In this document: piece by piece, positions 49,701 to 61,959 of the stretch
Layout: every line of letters starts with the position of its first letter
Numbering within the stretch: the first letter of the stretch is position 1
Assembly (NCBI GenBank): GCA_964016885.1
Contig: OZ024744.1
Span: 55,490,001-55,554,000 of the forward strand
From: Eledone cirrhosa
Taxonomy: Eukaryota
Direction of reading: 5' to 3'
Length of the DNA: 64,000 nt
Notes under the pieces: generated by a model
Told to the model about the DNA's origin: nothing
Databases searched by the model: none
Seen by the model: the letters and a program-made list of their open reading frames with translations, nothing else
Made by a program: the position numbers and the translations under genes

Positions 49701-50055
49701 TTGTGAGCCACAGAGAAGGCAGCCTGTCTAGATGGGCAGTCTTCCTGAATAAATAAACGTGGACTCGGTAATCCATAAGCAAAGGCAACCCATCTAGGAA
49801 AGCAGTCACTGAATAAAAACTGATACATGGTTGAGAGGGTTCATATGGTGGTGGCATGGTTAAATGTACAATGTAAAGTAGTTGGTGATAGGAAAGGCAT
49901 CTGGGTAGAAATCCCTTGCAAAAGTATCAACTTTAATGTAAACACCAATTGCATAGACAGGACTAACACTAACGATGTTAGTAAAGGAATGCAATGAGTG
50001 GAAGGAGACTGCTGAAGGCCTGTCCAACTAGCAAGCTTTAAAAAGTTTGTATGTG

Positions 50056-50119
<64 letters not shown>

Positions 50120-50169
50120 CAAAATGATTAATGAAAGAGTTACAAGCCGTTAAAACATATCTTTATAAA

Positions 50170-50209
50170 GCTCTTACATATGTTTCGCCCAATGGGGCTC
50201 GTCTGAGGC
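50170..50209 (-). ncRNA. Degenerate minimal hammerhead motif
   Basis: Minus strand: gcct-CAGACGA-GCCC-catt-GGGC-GAAA-CATATG-TA-agagc; U4>A core change; palindromic stem III. Confidence 0.55.
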
Positions 50210-50254
50210 AGATACTAAGGCATATATTTATACACACACACACGCGCACATGTG

Positions 50255-50460
50255 TAAGTGTTTTGTTGTTGAGTAAAACACTTCATTTCCCATTGCTCCA
50301 GTTGACTCTACTGTTAATGAGTGCCAGCAACATCTGGGTGTTACCCCTGTAATAGACAGGGATCTTTCTTGTCCAGGAGTGAGTCTGGTACTCTTCAGTT
50401 AATGAAACTGGGATATGTTTCAGTCTGATGAGCCTTCAAGCAAGGGACAGACTGTAACCT
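50255..50460 (+). mobile_element. SINE body remnant (CORE-like plus V/Meta-like segment)
   Basis: ttgagtaaaacacttcatttc..ctccag followed by acccctgtaatagac..gtccagg..gaaactggga..ctgatgagcc. Confidence 0.5.
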
Positions 50461-50728
50461 TTATATATACATGTGTGTGTGTGTATATATGAGTGCATGT
50501 GTGTGTGTATGAGCATGTATGTGTATGTATATGTATTTGTTCATATATTTGTGTATGAATGGGTGTGCAGTGTGTCTATATATATATATATATATATAAT
50601 CAACTAAATAGAATAGAATATAGAGTATTTTAGAATGTTGACTTGGTAATTTGTCCTAAGACATTTCTTCACAATGGCTTTTAGCTGTGGCATGTATTAT
50701 TGCTTCTTCTACTTACTTATTTTTACAG

Positions 50729-50770
50729 ACCATGTGAAATCACCATGGAAAACAAGGAATTAGAAGAAAG
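50729..50770 (+). CDS. Candidate 42-bp coding exon (PCEITMENKELEE)
   Basis: Pyrimidine tract + ttttacAG acceptor, AAG|GTAATT donor, purine-rich open frame, internal Kozak caccATGG. Confidence 0.5.
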
Positions 50771-50921
50771 GTAATTACATGTTAATTTCTTGGTAGAGCT
50801 AATTCTCACTTATAACATAGTAGTCTTTCAAATTATAAAAATAGAAAACTTTAAAAAAATCTTTTAATTCTTCCTTTATTTTTATTTTCCTCAACTGATC
50901 ATACAGCTTATCACCTAGAAG

Positions 50922-51320
50922 TGCAGGCATAGCTGTGAGGTTATGAAGTTTGCTTTACAACCACATAGTTACGAGTTCAATCCCATATGCCTGGTCCCTT
51001 TGGCATTGGCAAGTGTTTTCTACCACAGCCACAAGTTGACCAATACCTTGTAAGAGGAATTTGGTAGATGAAAATTGTGTAGAACCTTGTCCTGGATATA
51101 TGTATATATGCACTTGTGTGAGTGTGTGTATATGGGTGTACATGTGTGTCTGTGTTTGTACTGGTCTAAAAACTAGTGTTTATATTAAGATTTGTAGCTT
51201 AGTGGTTCGATAGAATTAGTGCCAGACTGAAATACATACTGGGGTTGATATAATCGACTAATTGCTTGTAGCAGTGCCCCATCAGGGCCACAGTTTAATG
51301 ATTTAAACCAGTAAAAAGAT
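50922..51320 (+). mobile_element. tRNA-derived SINE
   Basis: A-box-like tagctgtgaggtta, B box gagttcaatccc, CORE-like ttggcaagtgttttct; a similar copy lies at 63085-63240. Confidence 0.65.
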
Positions 51321-53004
51321 ATGTATTGAGTTGAAGGCAATTTTAACCTATTCATAGTAACTACCTATCATCTAATTTATTTTACTTAGGTCTTGTGTTT
51401 GATCAGCAGGAGATTTAGTTTTCTTTGTTCACACTAAGTTTTTTTAAGTGAATGAGGTGTCAAAAGCTCACACTAGGATATTTGACTTACAATTATAAAG
51501 TTGTTTGATTTCTGGACCGGGTGGTATGTTCTTGAGTGAGATGCTTTTTTTCACACTGCTTTCAATGATACGACTAGGCCCCTATCATTAAAACACCTAA
51601 GAGACATCTTATTAGGGGCAACCTTGAAGGAGGTCAGTTAAACCTGTAATCTTGTTGCCATAAGATCACAGTGGTATGAAACTCGAGTAGCGAAAAAGAA
51701 ATCTTAAACATAATAAATACACTCTCCATTTTTCTGTTTTGCTGATGGTGGTAATCTTGTCCATTGTTTAAAGCAACCTTTGTATTTTACTCGGCCTTGT
51801 GAAACATTTAGTATTCACTCATCTTTAACTTCCTTATTGTCTACCATAATATAACATAAAATATCAAAATATCTTCTCAAACTTTTTCTAGTTTGATAAT
51901 TCTAAGGTTATTAGTTTTTTTTTCATTTTGTTTTTTTCACAGATCAATTACGATGTAATTCCCGCACTACTAATATATATATAGGCATATATTGTTTGAC
52001 ACCATATTCAAAATAGTCATTTCTATTCTGATTTTATGATAATTCAGTATCTCATCTGCTATTTCTCTCTCTTTATATATATATCCTCCTCATCATGACC
52101 TATTTTATATTCAGCAGAATGTATCTCAAGGAAGCAAATAATATTCTGTCATCTTTCTTTATGAACATTACACAGATAAAGCCCACCACCACACTCCTAC
52201 ATGTATATTTTTATAATCTCTTGTGACATCACAGTCTTCACTTATAACTTAAACATATATGTGTTGGTATATTGTATTAAAAGTTTGAAGTTTTCACAAT
52301 CATAAAATCTGAGTTCTATACAAATTTTAAATATACTTAACACTAGACCACTGCTACACACTATGATGACTCTTTATTGTGACATCACAGCCATCACATA
52401 TAACTAATATATATAAACATATTGATTTTACTGTATTTCAAGGCCTGAGGTTTCTCACTTCACAACCCTAAAATATCAGTAGGTCCTATACATGATTTAT
52501 CTCAATGTGTTGCGCTACATGAAACATCCTTAGCAAGACATTCTTGGAGAATACAAAACAGCACTATGACTGCATTACATTAAACATTTAAGACTTTACT
52601 CTAATTCTGCCAATTTTTACAACAATGTCCACTAATATGCTATAAACATTTGAATTAATATTCTGTAATAATTTAGCTGAAATATATTAAAATAGGTCTG
52701 TTAAGAGTTCTACACTAGACCACTGCAATATACATTGACATCACAAGCTTCACATTCAACTATGTATATATTAAAGCGTCTGCTATCTGGTCACTCATAG
52801 TAACTCTTGCAGTGGAATTATCAGTAACCAGATCATATTTGACCTTAAGAAATAAATTGATAGATATACAGAAAAGTTAACAGTTGTTGCATATTTTTAA
52901 ATGGCTCAACTAACTCATCCATGCAGTAGTTGCTTTAATTTCAACAGTCTCAGCTCAAGTCACTTGCCATATTGTACAACACTTACGCACATACAATATA
53001 TATA

Positions 53005-53612
53005 TCATCATTTTACGTCCACTTTTCCCTGCTAGCAAGGGTGGGATGAGTCCTTTTCAGCATCTCTCTGCGAGTATCAGTGATCTGAGGTCAGCTCTTA
53101 CCACCTCCACCCATGTTTTCCGTAGTCTTCCTTCCACTGGGATTACTTGGCACTGCTTCACCCAGCAGTCATCATCCATGTGCATCACATGACCATACCA
53201 ACTTAGTCTTTTCTCCTGCACACTACAGTTTATTCCCCTTATACACAGTTTCACTCTCAACTTGTCTGTGCTTAGTTTTTCATGCACATTGACATTGCAC
53301 ATCCATCAGGGTATGCTTGCTTCATTTCTTTCCAGCCTTCGCTTATCCTCTGCAGTTGCTGCCCATGTCTCACTACCATGCAGCATCGCACATCTCATAT
53401 ATATATACCCTGTTGACAACAAAGGGTTTCTCCCTGTGAACGAAAGGTCAGTTGTATGATGCCTGTGTGAGATGTGCGATGCTGCATGGTAGTGAGACAT
53501 GGGCAGCAATTGCAGAGGATAAGCGAAGGCTGGAGAGAAATGAAGCAAGCATACCCCGATGGATGTGCAATGTCAATGTGCATGAAAGACCAAGCATGGA
53601 GAGTTGAGAGTG
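53005..53612. mobile_element. RTE-clade LINE 3' fragment (minus) with an inverted duplicated segment (plus)
   Basis: AMLHGSETWA..RLERNEASI and RLSWYGHVM..GRLRKTW motifs; 53279-53398 is the reverse complement of 53468-53587. Confidence 0.85.
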
Positions 53613-54039
53613 AAATATATATTCTTTGGTAGGTCCTATACATAGTTTAATATATATATATACACCACATTAGACCAATGTTACCTATTGTGATGAGCTT
53701 TTTTAGTAACATTAGTTTTCACATAATCAGAACTATAATACGAAGGCTGAGGTTTCTTTTCACAATTAGAAAATACTTCAATCCTAAGCAACAGTTGATC
53801 CTATAACCTACATTAAACTATATTACACAACATTCTGCACACATCACATGTCTCGCTGATAGGTTTTTTACTCATAAACACCTCATTTTATGTTTTAATT
53901 TGCTAACTCTATATCTAAAACATTAATTTCTACATATATCAATTTTCCTTCTGCTTTTCCATAATTGCATGGATTATTCAAGTCCTACCCAAAACAGTCT
54001 CACCACATGTGTTCTTTTATAATCTCTTTTGTAAGTTTC

Positions 54040-54370
54040 AGCATTCTGAGATCAGCTTTCTCTATTTCTGCCCATGTCTTTTTTGGTCTTCCTCTTCCGA
54101 GACTTCCTTTCACATGGAACTTCTGGTACTTTTCCTACCTGTCATCATCTATATATGCATTACATATCTGTACCAATACAGTCTTCTCTTCTGCACATAA
54201 CATTTGACTCTTAATAACAAGTTATTTGAACACATTTGTACTTCTTCCTTCATGCACACAGACATGCATATAGCAGAGTATATTTGCTTTGTTTTTTTCC
54301 AGCCTTTCTACATCCTCTGCATTTAATTCCCATGTCTTGCTATCATGTAACATTATACTATGTAAACATG
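54040..54370 (-). mobile_element. Older RTE-clade 3' fragment
   Basis: Degenerate similarity to 53080-53390 (GRPKKTWAE motif). Confidence 0.6.
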
Positions 54371-56307
54371 CTAATTATTTAAAAATAGGTAAATGATAGA
54401 TTTTTTTTTTTTTTTAATTTGGATTTTTTTATTTGGGTGTATAGGTTAATTTTGAAAAAAAAATTTTAGTTAATTCCTCTGAAAAAGTCTACTCCTTGTC
54501 TGACTATCTATGTTCTGAGTTCATATGCTGCTGTGTCTGTGTATTTATAATGGTAATGTAAATAATATGGGCATCACTTCATAGTTGAAGTGTTTATATG
54601 TTTGAGTACATTTTCTCCCGTTTGTGTATACACACACATTTCTTTTGAATCACTGCACAAAGACAATAATGTCCAGCTGTGACCCCAATACAATTTACCT
54701 AACAGTTTATGAAATATATGAAATTGGGAGGAAAATCAATACTCTAAAGAGTAATAGAAAAACAAAAAGATACATACTGCAATACATTGTATAAAATCAG
54801 TGTACTTACCACTAAAATGCAGACTTCAGGCAGTGAAGTAACTCTGTGTAGGTGTTTCAACCTTTCATTGTGATGCCAGAGCTACTTGGGGCCACCTATT
54901 GATGTATGTGATGAAACACCTGCACAAACAGCACACATTTAGGTGAGTCAGATTTTGTGACTCTGAACCAAATGTCTTTGTCAACCTCAATGCTAAAACT
55001 TCTTGTTTTTGAGACAATGATTAAACAATGTGCATAATTAGATATTTTTACCAAATTGCATTATTTTAGAGCCTTGTCTCTGGCATTTTGCATAAATACA
55101 TTTTCTAACACCAGAGCAATCTTCATCTTGGCTTTGATAGTTCCAACAATCTAACTCAACCTTTCATGTTTTCACATATTGGCTAGTCTTATTTTTCAGC
55201 TCTGATTTAACTTATATTACTGTCTTATGTTTATCTTTGGCTACTACACACTAGTAATTCACAATACGTGTTAGGATGAAATTTAATATGTATACTGAAT
55301 TGTTTCATGTATTCTACCGTCTTCTTTGTTCTTCTTTGGGGATGCTAATAATTGTGTTTTCACTCGATCTTCAGTTTCAAATTCATACTTGCTAGACCTG
55401 TATAAGTGTCAGCTGTAAATTTCATTTCATATGTTCAGGTAGTTAGTTTCAATTTTTTAAGTTTGGTAATGGTGGGAGCTTTTGACTTGAAGTGATACCT
55501 TTTTGAAGACAGCTAGTCAATGTAGTACATCCCTCTCCAGCAACTCCTATGTTGTGGTATCTAGTTTGTTGATTGGGCCACATTTAAAGACTTAAGTATC
55601 TTTGGCATGGACACGTTGCAGTGCTGGTGATAGAATATAAACTGCTGACCTTAGTAATTTTGCTCTAATTTATTTCATTTTCTTGCATTCATTGTGTTTT
55701 TAGCAAATAACAATGGTGTTAATCTGTCAATGTGTTGTGTGTGTAAGGATTGAATTTACATTTAAGTCTGCATACAATAGGCTTTCTTTGTTTCTATCAC
55801 ATTCTTTCTTTAACAACTATATTGCTTAGTAAGGGTGAAAACTGGCCAAGTGGATATGGTACATGAGTAGTATGTTCTTATTTGCAGACATTTTGTTGTC
55901 TCTGGAATTGTTTCACATGAAACCACTTAAGCAAAGCATTCTTGAAACATACAAAACAATATGACTGTACCACATGAGAAATTAGTCTTTACTCTAACAC
56001 TGCAAATTTTCACTACAATCTGTCCATTAGTAAAGATACTGTAAACATGAATTAACTCCTGTACTACATGGAACAGTGTTATTATAAGTTCATAACTATT
56101 TAGTTCAACATCGCTATTCATCCTTTTAGAATTGGTAAAAATAAATAATCATGTTAGTCAAAAGATTTCAATGGGTTTTATCAGTTCCTTGACTAAATAT
56201 TGCTCCTCTGTCATGAATGGGGGGGGGGGGGGGGGGGGGGGGCAGTAATAGTTAGGTAAATGATGAATCTTTTAAATTGTAAAAAAAACATTTTATTATG
56301 AACTTAA

Positions 56308-56528
56308 CCCTTTAGCATTTACATTACTCTGTATATACTATTATATTTTCACAGTAAAGACTTTACCTTACATAATTATCTCAGATAATATCGAATTTAT
56401 GAGATTTTTATATTATTTATTTTGAGAACAATACCTTAACATCAGTGTGAGTGGTCAGTTAATTCTAGTTTGAACGGAAAGAGGTGAGAGAATCCTGGCT
56501 GGATATGGCCAATTTAAATGCTAACGGG
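56308..56528. mobile_element. piggyBac-like MITE
   Basis: TTAA|CCCTTTAGCATTTA ... TAAATGCTAACGGG|TTAA: 14-bp TIR (1 mismatch) and TTAA TSD. Confidence 0.85.
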
Positions 56529-56544
56529 TTAAACATTTATATAG

Positions 56545-56765
56545 TTGCGTGGTTGTCGAGTTCGTTTCATAACCATATGGTTTTGGGTTCAGTCCCACTG
56601 TGACATTTTGGGCATATATTTGTTCAGGTTGTTTATGTTCTGAGCTCAAATCCTGCTGAAATCAACTTTACTTTTCATCCTTCCAGTGTCAATAAAATAT
56701 CAATCAAGTACTGGGATTCATATAATCACACCTCCCCAACTGCTGGTCTTGTACTTAAATTAGAA
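56545..56765 (+). mobile_element. Composite SINE remnants (tRNA head + Nin/Deu-like SINE)
   Basis: gggttcagtccc B box, then ctgagctcaaatcc..catccttcc..gtcaataaaata. Confidence 0.55.
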
Positions 56766-56980
56766 ATGGTCATTTATTAATATATTAATACTTTTGGTGT
56801 ATATGATGAAAGCTGATTTTGTCTTTAAAAAAATAATACACCAGAAAGTAGTCTTACTTTTCAAACAATTGGCTTTTATTGTCTGTAAAAAATTGGTGTC
56901 ATATTTGTATGATAGTAATAGGTTTATAGATCGGTAGATTGTACTGGAACCATTGATATGTAAATATATCAGAAGAGAGT

Positions 56981-57318
56981 GGAGGCACATGGCTTAGTGG
57001 TTAGAGCATTGGCCTTGCAACCGAAAGGTTGTGAGTTCAATTCTCAGACCGGGTGATGTTGTTTCCTTGAGCAAGACATTTTATTTCACGTTGTTCCAGT
57101 TTACTCAGCTGTAGAAATGAGATGATAGGGACTGGGGTCCCTATCATTCCACTGTAAAGTGGTCATGGAGGTGCCACGGCAAAAAAGCACCCAGCACTCA
57201 CTGTAAATGAGGTTGGTGTTAGGAAGGGCATCCAACTGTAGAAATCAAGCCAGAATCAGTTCCCGTCCCACCCTTGCAAGCAGGGAAAAAGCGGACGTAA
57301 AATGAAATGATGATGATG
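56981..57318 (+). mobile_element. Full-length tRNA-derived CORE-like SINE with (GAT)n tail and 13-bp TSD
   Basis: A box TGGCTTAGTGG, B box GAGTTCAATTC; TSD atcagaagagagt at 56968-56980 and 57319-57331. Confidence 0.9.
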
Positions 57319-57429
57319 ATCAGAAGAGAGTGACATGATCAGATACCGGATTACATTTTGTGCTGGTCACTGTTGAGACTTCTAGTATTTAGTATCCTTG
57401 ATCTTTGGACTTTTGTGTTCTTCTGCTTA

Positions 57430-57540
57430 ATCAGAATGGGGGCATCACACATGAGGAATGAGCCCTGTGAATGATAGGTAAAATAGCTGATGCTGCAAAT
57501 ATTGCTTGCTGTTCTTTGTGGCAATGCTTTCACCAGCTTT
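57430..57540 (+). mobile_element. Short CRE-clade 3' remnant
   Basis: LQILLAVLCGNAFTS resembles FQRVFLAVLRGNAFS at 7300-7345. Confidence 0.45.
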
Positions 57541-57910
57541 TCTTTTGACATAGCTGTTGTATGCTGTTCAATCGAGTATAAAGAGTTTGATTTTTTTTTT
57601 TTTTCCTCTTTGGTTTCATTTATAATAATAATAATGAAATTATTGTGTACAGTGCTCAGGTGCACTACAACTCATCAAAGGTGCATGTATAGTACATAGA
57701 ATAATGTACAAATGTCAGGAAAATAAACAGTGTATGAGTCATGATATAATAACAATAACAATAATGAAATATTGTGTACAGTGCCCAGGTGCACCACAAC
57801 TCATCAAAAAAGTGCATGTACAGTACATAGGGCAATGCACAAACATCAGTAAAATGAACAGTGCACGAGTCATGATACACACATGTGTGCATGTGTATGG
57901 AAGGGGTACA

Positions 57911-60735
57911 TCAGGTGTAGTTTTGGCGTATTTCGAGAAGCATGAGTGTCTTAAAGGATGCAGTGTCTCGGCAGCTAACAATTGACGCAAGCAGTTTGTT
58001 CCATGCTTCAGCAACTCTGAGCGTGAAAAAATGTCTGCGAAAGTCATGGGAGCTGTGCTGTTTTCTTATCTTGTAGGCATGTCCACGTGTGTTAGACACA
58101 TGGAGATCAAAGAGGCGCTCAAGGTTGCAGTTGGCGAGATGGTTAAAAACTTTGTGGGTATTCACCAAGTCCATTGCCAGACGTCAGAGCTTCAATGAAT
58201 CCATGCCCAGGGAAGCAAGGCGTTCAGAGTATGGTAGGTGTCTGATGGAGGGTATGCGCTTGGTTGCACGTCTCTGAACAGTTTCCAGGAGGTCAATGTT
58301 CCGAGCAAGATAGGGATTCCAGACTGATGATGCGAATTCCAAGTGTGGTCGCACCATAGCTGTATACAGTTTTAAATAGATGGCTGGAGAGCGGCTAACA
58401 AAGGTCTTGCTGAGTGATGCCAAGACACCCTCGGCCTTCTTGACAATCTTAGAGATATGCTTTGTCCAATGCAAATCGTTGCTGACTGTAATGCCCAGGT
58501 CACGTTTACAAGAGGACTTTTTGATGTCAGTGTTGTGGAGGGAGTATGTGGACGCTGGATTTTTCCTTCCAAAATGCATGGTGGTACACTTGTCCACAGC
58601 CAGCTTCAGTTGCCAGTCTGTGATCCATTGCTGCATTGTGTCCAGGTCTGATTGTAGGAAAGAGTTGTAAATTTCAGGATCAGTCCTTTTGATTTCAAGG
58701 TACAGCTTGATGTCATCTGCATATTTTAGTACCGTGGCATTCTGTAAGTTGGCATCTATGTCATTAATATATGCCACAAACAAAAGAGGACCAAGAACAG
58801 ATCCCTGTGGTACACCAGATGACATCTCATATGGTGAAGAATGCTGTCCTAGAACCGTGACTACTTCCTTTCGGCTGAGAATGAAGGATTTCAGCCAGTC
58901 GAAAAGATCATCCCTCATACCCATTGCAGAGAGTTTTGCCATAAGTCTTTTGTGTGGCACAGAATTAAAAGCCTTAGCAAAGTCAAGGTAAACAACATCC
59001 ACCCATGAGCCGCTGTCAGTGATCCAGGTGATGTCCTCAAGGAACTCGATAAGCTGATCACAGCAGCTGGAGTTAGGGATAAATCCAAACTGTGAGGGCC
59101 GGATGAGGCTGTGAGAGCTCCAGAAGTTCCAAAGTGTTTCTCTGACACAGGATTCCATCAGTTTGGCCATACAGCTAGTAAGACTGACTGGACGATAGTT
59201 GACAGGTGACATGCGGTTGCCCTTTTTGAACAGGGGAATGACACTGGCAGTTTTCCACTGCTCCGGAGTAGCACCATTGCTGAGACAGTATTGAAAGAAA
59301 AAAGAAAGCTGGCGCAAAAGGAAATCCCCGCCACGTTTGAGAAGCAGGTATGTCACACCATCAAGACCAGGGGAGGCATAGTTGCGCTTATTCTTAAGGT
59401 GACGTCGCAACATTGCAGGTGTAAATTCCATAGTTGTTATGGAATTTGATGTTAGAGATGGTGGAGATGGTACATTCTGGTTTTCAACAGTAAAAATACC
59501 TGCATAGCACTCAGCAATGAGTTCTGCGCATTCCTTGGGATCGTCAGTGATCTGGCTTGTGTGGGGATTGCGAAGAGGACCAACTGGAGAGTGAGGTCTC
59601 TGCTTTGAATGAACATATTTCCAGAACACCTTACTGTCAGGATTGGTTGCGATGCACTGTTCAAATTCAAGCACTGCTTTCTTTGTCACTTGCTTGAGAT
59701 GGTTAGAAGATTTATTCCGCTTTTTTCTGTTGGCATCTGATCTATGCAGTTTATATTCCCGTTCAGCGTTCCGACGTTCTTTCCTGGCAAGTCGGACCGC
59801 TGAAGTTTCCCAGATTGCACTTTTGGGGTGGTTATTTTTCCGCTTCCGTGGCACTGATGCTGCACACGCTATCCATATTGAGTCCAGGATGCTCTGGAGT
59901 ATAGAGTTCACATCTCCAGAGTTATACATCTCATGCCAGTTTGGGCGCTGTAGCTCAGTGCAGTACAAGTTCCAATCCGCCCTCTTCCAATCAAAGCAAG
60001 CAGATTGGAGATGGCTCTGGTTTTTGTTGCTGCCCTCAAGTGCCAGATTGGCAATGATCATAGCATGATCAGAGTCGCCTAGAGGTTCCTCAGTAGTACA
60101 ACTGATAACCACTTCAGGAGTAGTGGTGAAGATCAGGTCCAAAGTGTTGTCACCTCTTGTTGGAGAGGTGACTACTTGTGACCAGTTTGAGTCCAGCACT
60201 AGTTCAAGGAAATCGTTTGCACCCTGTGGCCAACGAAAGGTTTCCCAATCGATCTCAGGATGATTGAAGTCACCTGCAATAAACACATAAGTGGCTGTTT
60301 TCTTGGCAGCAACTCTGAGGATATCGCAAAGCTGTGTGTCCTGATGGTAGTTTGGGGGGCGATAAACAACACCAAGCAGAAGTGTTGACATGGTCATACA
60401 TATGTCACAGAAAAAAACTTCTTCCTGTGATTCGTTCAAATCAACGCAAGGAATTACCGAAAAGTTTGAACGAACGTAGACCATCACACCACCACCACGG
60501 CGGTTAATGCGGTCCTTGCGGAAAAGGTTGTACCCAGTAATGGTGAAAACCCCATCACAGAGTAAGGAATGTGCCCATGTTTCCGTGACTGTGATGAAGT
60601 CAGGGTCGATGCTTCTTACGTAGGATTCGAACAGATGTATCTTGTTGCATAAACTGCGAGCATTTAAGGACAACAATTTGTACCCTGCTCGCAGTTTATG
60701 ATGGTGTGTAGAGGGTGGCAGGTTGTTCTGGTTTA
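57911..60735 (-). CDS. LINE ORF2 (apurinic endonuclease + reverse transcriptase) with one premature stop at 58184-58186
   Basis: LNARSL, ETW, GGGV, YRPP, GDFN, SDH (APE); NYRPVSLTS, QFGF, LDFAKAF, GVPQGSVLGP, YADD (RT). ORF 57911-58174 is in frame after the TGA (likely CGA>TGA). Confidence 0.93.
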
Positions 60736-61133
60736 GTTTCCCAGAGTTGTAGCAGTTTTTACATTGCCAGTTATTGTGGGTAGATCACACTCAGACCAGC
60801 TGGTATCTCTCTTCCACGTTTCACCAGCCTTGACAAACCTCCAGATCTGCCCATCATCACGCAGACTGAAACTTTCATCTTGTGCTGAGTTCCGATTCAA
60901 GGAAGCTGCAGCACGTAGTTTTGGACGTACATGGGGTGGTAGGCCTGGGCGTGTTCGGAAGGTAATCCGATTTTCACGCCCAGCTTTAGCAGAGGCCAGA
61001 TGATATGAGGTTGCCTCTGCGGGGTCCGAGAAAGACAGCCTGATGAGTCTGGGTTTTGGACCTGGTCGACCAAGGCGGAGGGCACCCTTTGGGGGAACAC
61101 AGCCTAGGTCTTTGGCTGAGCTGGCAGCAAATG
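60733..61133 (-). CDS. LINE ORF1 C-terminal fragment (no start in this copy)
   Basis: Open frame AFAASSAKDLG..LRLGRPGPKPRLIRLSF...TTLGN*; the RLG..PR.I motif is typical of CR1/Jockey-group ORF1. Confidence 0.75.
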
Positions 61134-61959
61134 CCTTATTTATCTACTTTTAACTAGAAGCTCCGTGGGATTTCACAGAGCATAAGAATCGACCTGATAT
61201 CTAATGGTTGTTAAATCAACTAATTTTGTTTTTACAAATAATAAGAAGCGAAATATGACAACAAACTGTCTTTTACCTTAATTTTAATGTTCTTCCATGT
61301 GTTAAGGATGATTTTAAAATTTACTTGAAAGGGTCATACCACCAACATGGAACTTTATGATGATTTGCCAATGTTAACTGAAAAGATAGCTAGCAAAAAT
61401 TATGATTAACAGGTCACTGCATGAGATATCCTGAAGAAATAGCCTTAAACCTTGTACTATGGAAGTCAATATACAGACAGATAAATTACGAGGAACAAAC
61501 CACTAACTTTATTGTCATACTTCAAAAGTACACTGTTGTTGTAGCAAGACATCCGACATAAGTATGGTCCCTGGTTCGATCTGGCTGAGACGACTTGTGA
61601 AAAGAAATAATTTGTTAGCATTAAAAATGGATTGAAATATTTCAGCTTGGCTAATAGGGCTAATCTCTTCTAAAGTAAATAAAATTCTATCGAAGATTCT
61701 TAGTGAAAATGTAATTTTTGTTTTCTATTTTATGCTAAAACGAAAGAAAATCCATTGAAAAGTGCATATTTGGTTGAATTAACTATGATTAAATAAATTA
61801 CTGCTATGATATCTGATTTCACTGTCCCGCGATCAAGGCCGATTGCTCCACCTTCACTTTCCCTACATCAGACTTGCATATCTCTGTGTGTTGATATAGC
61901 AGGTTGAGTCAAACATTTGTTTTGTATTTCAAGCTTTAATTAATAGTTCAAACATATTA

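Larger units (their letters stand above)
57622..61135 (-). mobile_element. CR1/Jockey-group LINE, 5'-truncated within ORF1, with duplicated 3' end and (ATT)n-like tail
   Basis: ORF1 C-terminus + ORF2 + 3'UTR; the terminal ~110 bp are present twice (57625-57740 and 57750-57870). Confidence 0.92.

Noticed and set aside
56981-57050. tRNA gene
   Set aside because: The A/B boxes are followed by a SINE body, tail and TSD; this is a SINE head.
61038-61065. CTGATGAGTC..GAC on the plus strand (also ctgatgagcc at 50424 and at 7573, minus)
   Set aside because: No GAAA or stem III follows; these lie in LINE ORF1 antisense or SINE bodies.
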